Positions 61,341 to 64,000 of a DNA stretch of 64,000 bases are shown one piece after another. Each line of letters begins with the position of its first letter. Within the stretch, counting starts at the first letter, position 1. The notes beneath the pieces are model-generated. The model was not told the DNA's origin. It worked only from the letters and a program-made list of their open reading frames with translations, and made no database searches. This stretch comes from the human T2T-CHM13v2.0 reference genome, Homo sapiens. Made by a program: the position numbers and the translations under genes. The DNA lies in NCBI RefSeq assembly GCF_009914755.1, contig NC_060939.1. One strand, written 5' to 3'.

Positions 61341-62776
61341 AAGATAATGTGGCTTATATCTAACTCAACTTAGGAGAACACTGAAGTTAATTGGTCATCT
61401 CCTCAATATCTCTCGTCTTGCACTGGGGAATTTCTGGTAAATGGATTTCTCCTCTTGGCCCACATGGGGTCTCTAGCGGGACACCTGGGCCTAGCCTCCT
61501 GATGTGTGCACTGAGAACTCAGCAGGCATGGCCACGTGATGATTAGAACACCTTGGCATTGAAATGTCCAGATTGGTTGGGGCTCCTGTCCTTCCTGCTT
61601 GCAGCCTCTGGGTCTTTTAGTCATGTAAGGCAGGCCAACTGTATCTCAAAACTGTGGGTGACCTTTTTAGAATGGCTGGTCTTTGAAAATCTAGTTGACA
61701 AACTAAGCATAAATTTTAAAAGTATATATAATGGCATATACATAAATAATATGTGTATCATTAGATAAGACATAGATGAACAATGTATTTACCTAAGACA
61801 ATAATTGGTAGGTATATTCTCATCCTTTAGAGTGTCAAGACTTATTTTTATTAAAATAAGAACAGAGGTAGATTCTAACAGTTTCCATATCTCAGCACAA
61901 TTATTGGATTCCTCAAGGGCAGAGTGGTAGAAAAAAATGTTAAAGACAGCATGAAAGTAAAGAGATATCTGAGCTTATGACAGGATAGTTTTGAAACATG
62001 TTCATATGTTGATTTGCCTCTAGGAATTTACTTGATCCTTACTTCTGATCATTGAGGGAAAACATGAAACTCTTTATACAAAATACATGAAGTCAAAACA
62101 AACTGTAATGCACTATGTTAGCTTGATTAACAAATTAGTAAAATTAAAATGAAGGATCTTTTGAGAAAGGTTGGCCAGTATGTCTTTTAACTGTCATCAA
62201 AATAGGTATCACATATGCCATCTTATTCTGAATTTTTAATGAGTAGCACATAACCTATCATTTTAGGAGATTCATGCTCTGCTTATCTAGGTGAGAGAGA
62301 GAGGTAGAGTATTTATTTTCATGTAGTGAGCAACATTTGAGTCTGTCTTAACTGATTTCTCACTTAAAAATTATTAAGAAATTTTATTCACTAACATGTA
62401 TAGTGGTAGGATATATATCCTTCCTACCTGATTTTGTTTTATCAGTAAAAAGAGCGAGTCAAATTAATTTTTATGCTCCAACATTTTCCTCTGGTGTGTG
62501 TGAAATATGTAATACTTAGCATTTTCAATTAAATAGACAATTTATAAGACATGACTTATTCTAAAGCCAATTAACTTATTTCTCCCAATTTTTATAGTCT
62601 ACTCTCTAAAAATTGTTTGTTGCGGTATTTATTATATGTTTGTTGTATAAATACCCAGCCTTCCATCAGAGATTATGAGCTTTGTTGCTGAGAGAAGGCT
62701 GGTACCCTGAAATGGAGGATTGACCCTTCTCCTCCCCTGTGGGGTACAGAAATGAAGTTTCTTTTTCCCAAGATGA

Positions 62777-63112
<336 letters not shown>

Positions 63113-63600
63113 AAAAAGTGCTTTTCATACCTTAGTGACCAATTCAAAAGTTGCAGTTATACCCAAGGATGACGAGAGGCAAATAAAGACCTTGAAACAA
63201 CTTTCAAAACAAAGTGTCTGATTGATCAAATAAAACTCTTTAAGGTAAATCTCTAAGAGTAGTGAGTAAAGGGTAGAGTGAGCAAACTTCCCCTCCCCCA
63301 CTCGATCTCAAGGTACATCGTGACACGGACCAGAACCATTCATCGAACTCATGGTTGCATACTAGTTGGGGAGGCGAGTTTGTTCCCCCATCCACAGAGG
63401 GATGCTGGCTGAGAAGTGCAAACCACAGGTCTTGGTTGCTCCTTTTGTGCAGCCACCAAGCAGCAGGGCAGCTGGCAGGAGCCCCATGAGTTGAATCACA
63501 CTTTCAGAGTTTGGTGGAGCAAGGCTGCACAGGTTTTCTTATGGACCAACAGATACTGAAGAAAGTAGCTGGGCTTATGTCCTATGAAAAGGTCACTTCT

Positions 63601-63984
<384 letters not shown>

Positions 63985-64000
63985 TCATTTTCAGTTTCCC

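Overview
This is primate (very probably human) non-coding, repeat-dense DNA, either intergenic or deep intronic. I find no credible intact protein-coding gene. The ORFs I can attribute are translated Alu, L1, THE1/MaLR or ERV-L remnants; the rest look like short random ORFs. Main content: a complete THE1 (MaLR) provirus with perfect TSDs; a ~6.7 kb full-length ancient L1 nested in an MLT1 LTR; two ERV-L 3' fragments (integrase/dUTPase plus MLT2 LTR); several solo LTRs (THE1B, MER39-like, MER50, LTR8, MLT1/MLT2, LTR16-like); DNA transposons (MER20, Charlie1, MER53, MER5, MADE1); nine Alus, one a very young AluYa5-like copy; a truncated U2 snRNA retropseudogene; many L2/MIR relics; and microsatellites. 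The most unusual observations are structural fossils: a scrambled templated insertion copied from ~1-1.5 kb downstream, a microhomology-joined inversion inside an ERV-L, an ERV-L piece with no retroviral ends inside an apparently contiguous L1, and a perfect 19-bp fold-back at an LTR edge. A few repeat-free blocks are candidate enhancers. Repeat subfamily names come from recalled consensus sequences, not a database search, and boundaries of old repeats are approximate. I do not see evidence for a novel biological system.
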